The position numbers and the translations under genes are program-made. Positions 8,548 through 18,652 of a stretch of 64,000 nt of DNA are shown here, in pieces; within the stretch, counting starts at the first letter, position 1, and the number at the start of each line of letters is the position of its first letter. Under the pieces are notes generated by a model. That model was not told the DNA's origin. It saw only the letters and a program-made list of their open reading frames with translations, and made no database searches. Location: assembly GCA_000091205.1 (NCBI GenBank), contig AP006497.2; one strand, written 5' to 3'. Source of the DNA: Cyanidioschyzon merolae. Its lineage: Eukaryota.

Positions 8548-10919
8548 GCTTCGGGCGCCGTGGCAAAAGTGCAAACCCCTGGAAACAAACGTCTTTCAAA
8601 AGAAAAACGATGCAGCCTGCGGTATACAGAAATGGCGCGCAGCGCGCCCGAGTCAGAACGTCTCCAGCTGACGTGCAGTCGCCTCCCCGTCTTTTTGGAC
8701 CGGCAACCTACTACTGATTCCAACTTTTTTTCATATAATTCCACTTTGGGAGGTTTTCCAACAACGTTCTCTCTTGTCAACTCTGGAGGTCTTTTCTCGA
8801 GCACCGCACATCTCCTTATATTGATGGCGGCGTTAAAGTCTCGGTTCGCAAACTCCATACGTTTCTTGCCATCATTGGTTGTACTTACTGATGCAAGCAA
8901 TCCTCGAACTTTCGCTCTCCTTTCCATTTGCTCTTCCGTCAGCGCTCCGTACTTTTTCGTATCCTCAGGGCTCCGCTAGCACTTTTCCATCTCCACCCTC
9001 TGAAGTGTACACCCCAGTTCATGGTGTGTATACGATGTTCGAAACTCATCCATTGGTATCGTAACGAAACGCCTCGCGCACTCCTTGTACGTTCTTGTCG
9101 TTGGAGCTGGAGTAGTCCCTTTTTGGGTCTTCCAGCGCCCTGCTCCGTACCCTGCTACGAGCCTCTGACTTTTATCCTCCTTCAGGGCACTCAACTGATT
9201 GAAAAAACTCTCGAACGCACGCTGCTTACCACACTATAGATTCATTCGCAAACGAGCCCACCGGGGCTTGGTATACTCCTCCCACAATGCATTCCAATGA
9301 GCAACGCGAACTTCCATGAATTTCCGAAAAGCTTTAAAGTCCGCTCCTCGGCTCGTCACCTCGCTCACAGCTTCCAGGTGCTCGTTCATTCCTGCATTCC
9401 ATTTCTCGATTTTCTTCCTCGTATTCATGATTCCCGATTCTCGATGGTATCTCGCTCTCGAGAACCTCAAAAGACGCATATCTTTCTGATGCAAGGTACC
9501 GTCAGTACCATCTTCCCCACGCTTCGGTGCTGCGATGGTTATGATACTTGTGTTTCCAGCGTCCGCGCCAACGACAAAGTCGTTCTCGTGCATCTTCTGT
9601 GTCGCAGGACCCGCCTTCTTCTCATCTTCATGGTTCTCCGAGGGCGGAACGGGCCGATCCACACTCAACCGCCGATAGTGTATGCACCTGGCTACTCCAT
9701 CGGTTTCGATCATCCCAGTGAATACCTTTTGTCTGCTTACTTTCAGACGTTTGAAATCGAAGATACTCTTCCGGGGCATCTCCCGGTTTTCGTCGGTGAA
9801 CTCCTCCCTGCGAACATCGAACTCCGGACAGATCTCCTTCAAGATGCCATGAAGGATTCTCGAGTCCATAGTCACAAAATGTGACTTGATATTGCAAATT
9901 GGAACCATGTTGAAGCGCTTCCCCATTAGGGCCGACTTCCGCCTCTCCCACTCTTTATTTGTCTCCTCACTCAGCTTCCTCTCTGCCTGGCGTTCGAGTT
10001 CTCGGTCCAGAACCACAGAATAGCGCAGGACGAGGCGATAGTATCTTTCCTTAACTTTTTTTCAACTCTGATATCTTTTCTGTTGGATTCGCCAGCTCCA
10101 AGACTGCACGGTGCTCTTGTATTACGGCACGGATGACGGAGTCCTCATTCATGCTCTGGTTTGACGCCTTCTTGTCGACGAATTCGATCTCATCTTCATG
10201 CTTACGATCGTTCGTGGTGCCATTGAGGTCCGCCTATACTCCATTGCGAGAGATGCGCGGGTAGCGTGCAAACACGGCACGTATCATGAAACGTTCGAGG
10301 TTCATTGTCAAATGGTTCTTCAGATTCGTGAGGTATTTCATGGCCCCATAGTCCTAAATATCCCGGTCACCCCTATACCGAGTACCCTCGAAGCGGAATT
10401 CCGGGAAGGTTTCGTGGAGGACATGCACTGCTCATTTTCCCTCCGCGCTTTCGCTGTACCAAGCATCAGGTGACGAATAAACGTCGTGTCGAAGAATTCT
10501 TCCGGAATCTCGACTGTTTCCATGTGCGTCACGTCGCGATACATCTCCTTCACCAAATGCATCAGTCCTATAGAGTCCATACGAACCCTCGTGAAGTACG
10601 AATCAACATAATTTCTGATGGCCTCTCGCAGATTTTGCTTGTGCGGATCCTGAATATGGCCTAGATGGCATGATTTCTTTACAATCTTGAAGTAGGGTCG
10701 TCTTTCGAGTTGCATTTGGCGCCGGGCCCCCCCTTGTTTTGCGTCATCGTCGTGTCTTGTTTCTCTTCGGTCGGTATTCTTTTTCGCTTTTTCCGCTAGC
10801 CGGCGACGCTGCCCCTCCAGGATCCTCCACTTCCTTTTCCATAACTTTCCTCTTTTATTTTTTTGTAACGCACTTTGAACGCTTCTGCTATAAACCGCGA
10901 AAAAAACACGAGAATACAC
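8493..10919 (-). pseudogene. TnpB/Fanzor-like RuvC nuclease, disrupted (copy F1)
   Basis: Basic N-terminus (KRGKLWKRKWRILEGQRRRLAEKAKK, NLS-like). 10020-10340 has no open frame. The ancestral stop is lost, so the last piece reads through into the 3' module. The CxxC zinc-finger pairs are degenerate. Confidence 0.65.
8575..8640 (-). ncRNA. Candidate omegaRNA scaffold / right-end module of F1
   Basis: Minus-strand 'ctgtataccgcaggctgcatcgtttttcttttgaaagacgtttgtttccaggggt' shares a 35-nt block with copy FA at 18579-18613. Confidence 0.3.
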
Positions 10920-12450
10920 TTGTTTGAGGTTTGAGACACAAATGAACGGAAAAACTGTACTTTGCTACAACTTTAACGCAAGTACAACTTTTATATTAGA
11001 GCAGCACGCTATTGATCAGGATCGCGTTTCCCTTCAGCTGCGGGATGCGCGTCGTGACTCGAAAACTAACAGATCTCCCTGGTGCGCAAATCGATAGCGC
11101 TATGTAGAACAAAGAACAGAGACTCACGACTAGCGAGCAACGATACAGCAATTTCTCTCCCGTTCTACGATAAACGTTGAAAACGGGGAAAAGGTTCCCA
11201 TATTCTGAAGAGTCCTCCCTCTAGGCGAAAAGTCCCGCGAGCCGGACGAGTCTCCCGGACTCGTGCTTCGTGCTCCACCCAGTAGCGGGCGCTGTGGCGA
11301 GACCTGAGCAGTTCGTCCGCAACGCGGTTCATTCTGGGACTAGATGCGGGATGCTGTGTTTGGTCGTCGCCCTGATCGCAGTAGACTCCTAATATATCGG
11401 TTCGCGCTTTCGCAGGCAGTAGTTCTGTCTGTTTAGCCTACAGGCTCCCAGAATTATTCTGGACTCCAACGCTGTATCAGGTAAAGCGTTCCTCAATCCG
11501 TCGCCCTCAGTGGTATGGCAACGCTGTTCTATCTCCATGATGCATCCGTCCCAGTGGTATAGGCGCTAAGGCGGGTGCCCAAAGCAGGCACTCGGTCGCA
11601 CTACAGAACGCACAAAACGATCTGTACATCCGAAAGGAAGTATAAGGAACGGAGCATGGAGGTAGAGTGCATCATGATGGACACTTTTTCGATCAGCTAT
11701 ACCCATCCATCTCGCTATCTGGAATCCAAGTACAATGTAAACGTTTTGTCATTGGAGAGAAATCAGCGGCAACAGCAAATGCAGCGGATTTTGTTCCATG
11801 TGAAAACTTCTCACACAGGCGAGCGTGCCGCGACTCTGTGTGCTTGCTACCTGCGCGCGGTGAAACTTTCGTCGTTCCACGCTTTACGTCCGAGTTTCAT
11901 AACCCATACTTCTTCTCGGATGTACTGGCGTTTCAGACGTACTATCGGGCGCCGAGTGCCTGCCCGTGAACATCCGCCTCAATAGCGCTTGTAGCGCCGG
12001 TGCTGTCGTAGCACAGAAACAGAACGGCGTTGCCGTACCGCAGACGGCGTCTGCTCGAGGCATGCTTCACCTGACGTAGAACTGGGTCTCGTTGTCAGGT
12101 TGTGCTCGGACAGCCTGCGGATGCAAAACTTGCTTTCGCTGCACAACACATTGGAGAAACTTGGCTGTTACGATGAATCCTGGGAGCCGCCTCTCTCCTG
12201 CGTGATCGTACATGGAAAGCGTCGCCCTCGGTTGGCGACTCGGGTCTGTGCTTGGCACCCACCAGTGAGTAGGTACGCGTAACACTGGTCCCGTGTGCGC
12301 ATCTGGTTTGCTGGACCTTCCACCTAGAAGGTAGAGTATGAGTTCGCTGACCACTGGTGAGTGCTGGAGCTCAGTTACGGGACCATCAGTTGCTAGCACT
12401 ACACTCAAAGTAAGTGGCTGGCCTTCATTTACCACAGTGATTCCCAGATG
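8575..12450 (-). mobile_element. Full-length but decayed Fanzor/TnpB-like element (copy F1): about 1 kb 5' leader with internal inverted repeat, nuclease coding region in four ORF pieces, 3' module
   Basis: ORF pieces 10919-10338, 10016-9234, 9194-8976 and 8927-8493 align in order to the copy FA/FB proteins. RuvC-I is [15 protein letters not shown] and RuvC-III is NRDFNAAINIRR. The leader at 10930-12000 is homologous base-for-base (indel-rich) to 35.9-37.06 kb. Inverted-repeat arms are about 11300-11640 and 11905-12230. The 5' boundary is approximate. Confidence 0.65.
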
Positions 12451-12701
12451 TTAATGTCTCTCAAAGAGATAGCTGCGTTCTTTTTTTCCAGCACAGGCAC
12501 AGAAAGCTTAAGTGTGCTGGCGTCTCTGGCATCCCGATTCCGCTGCACCGAACGCCGCGATCCTTCGAAGCCCTGCATCGCGAGCACGCTGCCGCCCATC
12601 GTCGATGATCACGAAACGATTTTTCCGTTCGTGTTGCATGAACGTTTGCGTTCTTACTTGATTGCAACTCGCAGTTTCATTGTTGTGTATAACGCTGGAT
12701 A

Positions 12702-13424
12702 ATGTTCGTGCTTACAACAAATAGCCTTACGTTTAGAACGGTGCCTCGGTGTTATCCTGGTACGGTCGAACGTCAGCATACAACGCTGGGCAGGAAGCGT
12801 GTGGCACTGCGCATGACGTATGCGCTGCCGAGTACAGTTGATAACGCGCGTGGAGGGAGCGGAAGCGGTGGCGACGGTGGCGGCTCCTCGGGCTCCGATG
12901 ACGACTACATACCAGATATGGGGAAGCGCACGCTGCTGAGCCTCATTCTCTTGGGTTCAGTTGGACTCCCAGCAAGCATCATGCTGAGCACATACGCAAG
13001 CTACTTCATGCCGCCGTCGAAGAACAAGAGTTCAGGCGGCGTGATTGCCAAGGACGCCCTCGGGACGCCTATCAAGAAGGAGGAGTATCTGAAGACGCAT
13101 CCCCCCGGCTCTCGTGATCTTGTGCAAGGCCTGAACGGGGAGCCCACGTATCTTGTTGTGAACGACGCCGGCGAGCTCGAAACCTACGCACTGAATGCTG
13201 TTTGCACGCACCTCGGCTGCGTGGTGCCTTGGTACGCAGCACAGAACAAGTTCATTTGCCCTTGCCATGGCTCGCAGTACGATCGTACAGGGAAGGTGGT
13301 GCGCGGTCCAGCTCCGCTTCCGCTCGCTCTGGCACATACCAAAGTGGATGATGACGGGTTCGTACAGATCAAACCCTGGAAGGAGACCGACTTTCGAACT
13401 GGTGAGAAGCCCTGGTGGAAGTGA
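12702..13424 (+). CDS. petC: Cytochrome b6-f complex Rieske iron-sulfur subunit (PetC), nuclear-encoded with N-terminal targeting extension
   Basis: [19 protein letters not shown] (PetC membrane anchor), and [10 protein letters not shown]...[31 protein letters not shown] (b6f-type Rieske 2Fe-2S boxes). About 70-aa presequence rich in S/T/R/G. Confidence 0.9.
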   Translation: MFVLTTNSLTFRTVPRCYPGTVERQHTTLGRKRVALRMTYALPSTVDNARGGSGSGGDGGGSSGSDDDYIPDMGKRTLLSLILLGSVGLPASIMLSTYASYFMPPSKNKSSGGVIAKDALGTPIKKEEYLKTHPPGSRDLVQGLNGEPTYLVVNDAGELETYALNAVCTHLGCVVPWYAAQNKFICPCHGSQYDRTGKVVRGPAPLPLALAHTKVDDDGFVQIKPWKETDFRTGEKPWWK

Positions 13425-14410
13425 TGTTCTGTAAAATACCTAGTGTGTTGGAGGGCGCGGTCGAACAGACCTCGAGTGGTAAACGACATGCTTTTAGCTT
13501 GACTTGGTCGTAGTGCAATGCGCGATCATACGGCCTGTGGGCCAGCGGAGACGGCCTCGTAACGAGACGTTTTCGGGGTTCCCGTTTCTGCTGCGCACGT
13601 TCGACGTGTCTGTTCATGACCAGACTGTGATGGATGGACCCGAGGAGCAGCGCTAAAGACGCGCCCTTTCCGAATACATGTTGAAACGCGGTGCGAAACA
13701 GTCTCACGAAGGGCACGCACGAAGCGGAAACCCGGCAGTGTCTCCAGGTCACGCTCCACTGCATTGAACGTAGCGCCTTGGATGCACCGGTGGATATCGG
13801 ATTCGAGTACTACACGAGACGCAAAACGACGGAATGGAGAGGCGTCCTTGTTCCCACGACCAACTCTTGGCCAGGTACACCTACATGGCGCGCTTCCATA
13901 AACAGACAGCCCCACGACAGGTTCATCTCAATCACTGCCTGGAGAATATCATCAGACCAGTTGCTGGCCTGATGCAGACGAAGCGTGAACGGACGCATAT
14001 CGGTATCATGCACTGAATGCACAGAGACAAGTCCGTTGTCGACGGCAGCGCTGCAGGCATATTTGCACATGTGCACTTTATCGGGGGCGCGTCTTTGCTA
14101 GCTTGCTTGCTTGCTACTGGATGCTCGTTACCGCTTGTGGCGCCTTGCGCTCCAAAAGAGGTCTTGGAATAACAAAGTTCCGGATACCGCAGAACGCGCT
14201 GTTTGTAGCGAACGCAGCACGTCGCCTGCACCAGGCTGCCCCAGACTCGAGTGCCGACCAGCGAGCAGGCGGCCGCGGGTAACCTCGACGACAACAGCTC
14301 TGATTTGCGAAGACTCCCCAAAAAGCCAACAAAGTCCAAAGGTGCTTTCAACGTGGAAATCATCCCAGTCGGCCGCACAGGTTGCGGACGATTACCACCC
14401 AGAGCGAGGT

Positions 14411-14668
14411 TTAGCTGGTGTCCGGCGTTTGGCCCGTCACCGCCGGGTTCGGAAGTCGCTCTTCACGTCGTGCCTGGCGTATTTCGGCCAGCCAAAGGTC
14501 ACGACAGCGTCGATAGCACTCTTTCTTTTCGCGGCAGGTATCGTGTGCCCCAGGCTGGCGCTTGGCTTCCCCGACGCAGCGTAGCGCCTCCTCCCTGAGC
14601 CTAGCACAGGGGTCCGCCGGCGCTGCCGGACTCACCACGCTCGTCGAAGACGATCGCGCAGCGCTCAT
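14411..14668 (-). CDS. Small twin-Cx9C (CHCH-domain) protein, mitochondrial IMS-type (tentative)
   Basis: CARLREEALRC and CREKKECYRRC form two Cx9C pairs within about 85 aa. The ORF is 14411-14767; the first ATG is at 14668. Confidence 0.4.
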   Translation of the reverse strand: MSAARSSSTSVVSPAAPADPCARLREEALRCVGEAKRQPGAHDTCREKKECYRRCRDLWLAEIRQARREERLPNPAVTGQTPDTS

Positions 14669-16539
14669 GGCAAAAACGCAACTCGTGAACGTCCCCCGGC
14701 TGCTGGGTTTTCCTCTCGCAACAAGCTCGACTCGAAAGGCAGCGAGATGTCTACCGAAACATTCCAAGCGTTTTACGGATCAGTGCGCCCTCAGCAGCGC
14801 CGTGCGGAAAAGCGCTCTGAACGATTGGATGGGATCCAGATGCCTATGCTGCAGGGTATTTCCTGTGAATGCAGAGCACTCGTTTCCGGTTTCTATGTTG
14901 CCGTCGCATGCACAGGTGTAAGCGGACAGTGAATTGACCTCTTGCGCTGCACTCGTGAAATGTCGAGCACGAATTCATCCATGTCAAACTGAAATGGTAT
15001 TTGCCGCAAGCTTCCCATGAAGAGGCATTTGCTGGTCGCATTTGGACTTTGGAAGCGATGCTGAAGACAAGTTCATCGCCGCGAACTCGCGTTGGAGCGG
15101 GATGCTTTGGCATTTCGCGACTGCAAAGCAACGTTCAGTGAGTGCTGGTGAGTGCCAGCACGCACATGCCAGCACCATGCCCTGAACAGACCCAGAAAAC
15201 GAATCGACGCGAATGTTTAGCTGCTTTTTCACCAGATGTGTCATATTGGCATCTATCGGATGCGTGAACGCTACCATCAAAGAGGCCCGAGGTTTCCGTT
15301 CTTGTAGTCTTTGTACTAAATTCTGTTTCACTTCCGCTGCGATGTCTAGAAGGAGATCGAAATCACAATGCAATGCATAGTGTAGATCGTAGATGATTTG
15401 CATGTAGCATATACATTCATTTCTGAACAGTGCAAGGAAGACTGTATTCCTCGTTTAGGACAGTCATACCACCGTACTCAGATGGTTGGCAAACACTGTA
15501 AGAAAAATGTAGATGCACTCCGTGCCAGAGATCGATATTCATTGAGGTCGCTTGCAGTCGATCTTAGAAAACGATCCGTTGATCACCATTTTCGGAAAGC
15601 AACAGCGACGATAATAGCCGCCACAGGCGTCACCGTTTCTCAACAGCTTATTCTTATGATCCCGAAAACATTGGGATACAATCTCAAAAAAAGTCATCGT
15701 TCAAGCAAAGGCATCTTCCATCCAAATCGCAACGACAGAGTCCCTGGAACGTCACGATCGATAGGAACCACTGGATCGTCAGTTTGTTTGTTCAGTTGAT
15801 GAAAATTGCTTCAGAAGGCACGCTCGGAGCGTCAATGGGTATTCGAGGTGAAGGGCGCCCGTTGTACGTTCGATCGAGCTCGAAGAGAACGACGAAATCA
15901 TCATCTATTATAGCTTTAGAAGATTTATTTGGCGGCCTCAGTTTCACTTGTAGAAAAGACACATGCAACAGCACCAACCAATTTGTCCAAGCATTGAAGA
16001 CTTTTACCCGACGTCTGGCGACGTCCTTCTATTGGGCAACGTGGCATATCACCATATCGCTTGCGTTCGAGCTTTTTGCCGATTCTATCGGGGTAGGGGT
16101 GATTTTTGTTCGTCTGTGCGCTCCGTGGTTCAAGCGCATTGTAGGAGTGTTTTCTATCGTGAAACGTGATGATCGCTCCCCCGGGCGAAACGCTGAGCGT
16201 TCATCACTCGGTAACACATCGGGGTACATGCCATTTATCTTGCGAAAGCCACGCTCCCTCCGAGAAAGCCCTCATCTAAGGGCAAAAAACGTGCGGTCGT
16301 TTTGACGAAATAAAACTCCAAAACAAAGCTATGCACGTGCAAGTCGGGGATCCTGAAGGGCCCTTGCCGCCGGCTGGCAGAAAAAAACGAAAAATTCTGC
16401 CAATGGAATAGGAACAAAACAGAACGAAGAAGCAAAAGGGCGAGGCCCGACGTCAAAAGCTGCGCGAAAGACGACTATGCGACGAGACGCTGGCGAAAGC
16501 CTGTCTTGGTAACCATATCAAGGATTCGGACAAGCAAAC

Positions 16540-18528
16540 ATGCAACAAGTCATCCGAGACCGTGTCGAGTCGCACTCCATGAGTATTGTAAAGGATTCTT
16601 CAGGACTAATGCCTTTGACGAAGGAGATGAATCGCGGCGTGACGGGCATCAAAACAGTCGAGGTTCCGGGAGAATTTTTCAACACCATCGTTATGCATCA
16701 CCTGATGCTTGGCACAGGGGAAACGTCGAGGAGAAAGGAGCGAATGCATGCCCTCCACAAAATTACCCCGAATACCCTTTTCATCGGTAATCGATACCGG
16801 CGTGACTCGGATATTTACACGTACGGGGCGAAAAAGTACCTCACGAACCTAAAGAACCATATGAACATGAACCTCACACGTTTCATGATACGTTCCGTCT
16901 TCGCGCTGGACCCGTGCCTCTTTCGCAAAGCGATAGACGGGTTACCATCAATGGCATCTCGAACGATAGTAAGAACGAACAGGAGATCGAACTCGTCGAC
17001 AAGAAGACCTCGCACAGGAGCATGAATGAGGCTTCTGTCATCCGCGCGGCTATTCAAGAGCACCGTGCACTCTTGGGGCTCGTTGACCCAGCAGAACAGG
17101 TATCAGAGATGAAAAAGATGGAAAAAGAAAGATGTTACCCACACTTCCTGCGCTATTTCGTGTATTTGGACCAAGAACTCGAACGCAAGGCTGGGATGGA
17201 GCAGGGTGTGCGGAAAAATGCAGAGTCGGTAGAACGGAAGGCTGCGCTTGCGGGTACGCGCTTCGAAGTCGTTCGGTTATGCGAGATCAAGTCGCACTTT
17301 GTGACAATCGACTCCAGAGTCCTTTACGGAATACTGAAGGAGATAAGTTCGGGGCTCGATGTACGCAACAAGGAGTTCACCGGTGAAAATCGGGACACGT
17401 ACTGGACGCATGTCTTCGACGTCAAGCGTCTCAATACGAGCCAGAAAAGGTATTCAGAGGTGTCATCGAAACTAAATGAGTAGCCATGTGTGCACACGAT
17501 CGGCGCTTGAAGGCAGATCGTCATATCGTGCCTTCGGCTTCGCCCGTGACGAAGCATGAAGATGTGAAGCAGGCGGATCCCGCGACGCAGGAGGTTCAGG
17601 ATACTGGCTTTGGCGGCGGCGCGGACCCTGGGATGACGAATATCATAACGATCGCAGCACCGAAGCGTGCGGGAGATGGTGCTGATGGTAACCTGCGTCA
17701 GATAGAAATGCGTCTCTTGAGGTTCTCGAGACCGAGATACTACCGAGAATCCGGTTCAATGAATGCGAGGAAGAAAATCGAGACATGGAATGCAGGAGTC
17801 AAGGATCAGCTGGAAGCTATGAGCGAGGTGACGATCCGACATGCGGACTTTCAAGATCTGCCAGAGTTCATGGACACTCAAGCTGCTCATGTCGAGGAGC
17901 TGCGGAAAGAGTATCGAAAACAAAGGTGCGCTCGTCAGCGTTTGAATCTGTACAGAGAGAACCAGCGTGCATACGCCAACGATTTCAATCCGTTGAGCGC
18001 CTTGAAGGAGGACGAGAGTCAGAGGCTGGTAGAAGCGTATGGGGCAGCGCGCTAGCTGGCCCGAAAAGGGACTACGCCAGCTCCAACGACAAGAACACTC
18101 AAAGAGCGTACACGGCGTTTTGTTACGATACCAATAGGTGAGTTCCGAACATCGTATACACACCATGAAGTGAGGTGCGTACTTCAGAGGGTCGAGATGG
18201 AAACGTGCCAGCGGAGCCAAGAGGATATAAAAAAGTACAGACCGCTGACGGAGGAGCAAATGGGAAGGAGGGCAAAAGTTCGCGGACTCCTTGCATTCGT
18301 GAGTACAACCAATGATGGCAAGAAACGCATGGAGTTTGTGAACCGAGACTTTAACGCCGCAATCAACATCAGAAGATGTGCGCAGCTGGAGAAAAGACCT
18401 CCAGAGTTGACACGAGAGAGAATTTTGTCAGACGACCTCTCAAGGTCGAAGTATACGAGAAAAAGTTGAAACCAGTAGCAGGTGGCCGGTCGAGAAAGTC
18501 GGGAAGGCGTCTGTACGTCGGCGTATAG
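16540..18528 (+). pseudogene. TnpB/Fanzor-like RuvC nuclease, disrupted (copy FA)
   Basis: Pieces 16540-17025, 16914-17483, 17486-18055 and 18170-18469. RuvC-I is GGGADPGMTNIITIA at about 17618-17656. RuvC-III is NRDFNAAINIRR at 18341-18370. An in-frame TAG follows ..EAYGAAR at 18053. A 1-nt frameshift at about 18425 truncates ..PPELTRE. The N-terminus is frameshifted relative to F1. Confidence 0.65.
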
Positions 18529-18613
18529 GCATCCGATCTGCGGCGCGCCGCTCGCCACTCCTGTACCCCTAGCGACAGCGTTTTTCTTGTGAAAGGCGTT
18601 TGTTTCCAGGGGT
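18529..18613 (+). ncRNA. Candidate omegaRNA scaffold / right-end module of FA
   Basis: 'ctcctgtacccctagcgacagcgtttttcttgtgaaaggcgtttgtttccaggggt'. Similarity to the other copies ends exactly after 'ccaggggt' at 18613. Confidence 0.3.
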
Positions 18614-18652
18614 GCCCAGGGGGTCGCTTTAGCCTAGCTTTTGGTCTCGAAA

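Larger units (their letters stand above)
15500..18613 (+). mobile_element. Fanzor/TnpB-like element copy FA. The core 16330-18496 is about 98% identical to 37064-39232; the leader and 3' module are diverged.
   Basis: Near-identical ORF sets to copy FB (for example 16540-17025 vs 37272-37757). The leader at 15840-16329 is homologous to 36880-37063 and to 2890-3167. The 3' conserved block is at 18579-18613. The 5' boundary is approximate. Confidence 0.65.

Noticed and set aside
7555-8574. Possibility that the Cys-rich 7555-8547 protein is a zinc-finger domain belonging to the adjacent Fanzor-like element
   Set aside because: It begins after the point where inter-copy similarity ends ('ccaggggt' at 8575). 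It has no counterpart next to the other copies. It carries a canonical PHD finger (WFHVKC). So it is treated as a host gene.
11667-11969. Apparently conserved 'MHHDGHFFDQLYPS' / 'MLHDGRMFNYRYPS' ORFs (11667-11969 plus, 35915-36262 minus) in the element leaders
   Set aside because: The amino-acid similarity decays after about 35 residues at the same rate as the nucleotide alignment and crosses a variable simple-repeat spacer. This is consistent with neutral non-coding leader rather than a gene.
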